DNA of 63,483 nucleotides, filler included, from Phoronis australis (lineage: Eukaryota; Animalia; Phoronida), in the NCBI GenBank assembly GCA_002633005.1. It is 8 parts of 8 records of this genome, joined end to end, with 100 filler letters (N's around TTAATTAATTAA, not from the genome) between each part and the next. Parts side by side here need not be neighbours in the genome. Positions count along the whole stretch, not along the records: positions 59,405 to 63,483 come from NMRA01002713.1; 7 more parts are not named here. One strand, written 5' to 3'. How positions within the stretch are numbered: position 1 is the stretch's first letter; every line of letters starts with the position of its first letter. The position numbers and the translations under genes are program-made. Positions 62,879 through 63,483 of this stretch are shown here, piece after piece. The notes under the pieces were generated by a model. The model ran no database searches, was not told the origin of the DNA, and saw only the letters and a list, made by a program, of their open reading frames with translations.

Positions 62879-63483
62879 GTAAGTAAATTTAATAAATTTT
62901 CGTTGTTTTACTTCCAATGTGAAAACAGAGATATGATTTCAAGGCGTAACACATTTAGGAAGAGCAGGTAGAGGTTTAAGCTAGTGTCTCTCCCAATTAT
63001 AGGAGAAAAGTTACGTTGACCGAGGCATCGCTTAAGCCGAAGGTGATATGAGTATCATTTTGGCTGTTATTTTTGGCACTAAATCAATAAATTGACCATG
63101 GAGTCATGAAGAAATGACGCGTGGAAATATAATGCAACGCTTGTTTTTTATAGTTTTGTCAGGATCTCTGATTTTTCGACGCCTTTTTTGAAAGATGCGA
63201 TCGAGAAATCAACGATAAGCGATCAGGAACGCAAATTTGTATTTGTTTATGCGATCGGGAACACATTGCGGTGTGTCGAACAGTAATGAACTTTTTACTT
63301 ATAGAACGTGAAAAAGGTTACAAAAATAAGTGTGGTGCAATGAATTAATCACAACATTTTGTGTCGTTACTGTGTTACTTTCGTATCAAAACTGAACAAC
63401 AACATAGCATATTTCCATTAAATTGCCATGAGCACTGCATGTGCATCAAGCATAATTTTAGTTTCACAAACGAATTTATTCTC

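Overview
Animal (marine-invertebrate-like, probably lophotrochozoan; inferred from gene content and repeat style, not provable here) genomic DNA. Eight unrelated contigs are joined by an artificial 100-bp spacer (N44-TTAATTAATTAA-N44), so there is no linkage across spacers. Most entries in the ORF track are spurious; real genes are intron-split and were rebuilt by hand from GT-AG sites and phase matching. Contig 1 (1-3767): part of a multi-Tudor piRNA-pathway-type gene, RNF17/TDRD-like (+). Contig 2 (3868-9282): a non-coding GC/CpG-rich degenerate-repeat island and the 3' end of a LINE. Contig 3 (9383-13772): last two exons of MRPS25 (-) and a 20-bp minisatellite. Contig 4 (13873-17952): tandemly duplicated sushi/CCP exons, a SEA-like exon and a possible Ngaro/DIRS-type terminal repeat. 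Contig 5 (18053-28108): 3' half of cytospin/SPECC1 (+) tail-to-tail with a complete ZSWIM7 (-). Contig 6 (28209-34972): orphan exon candidates, a 1.25-kb palindrome (partly likely artefact) and repeats. Contig 7 (35073-59304): a complete Shaw/Kv3-family K+ channel (-) with a 16.6-kb TE-rich intron, a degenerate voltage sensor and an altered S6 gate. Contig 8 (59405-63483): MITEs and one orphan exon. No CRISPR, rRNA or functional tRNA was found. I see no convincing wholly new biological system. The best leads are the atypical Kv3-like channel, the SPECC1-ZSWIM7 microsynteny, exon-level tandem duplications and MITEs with 5-bp target-site duplications.
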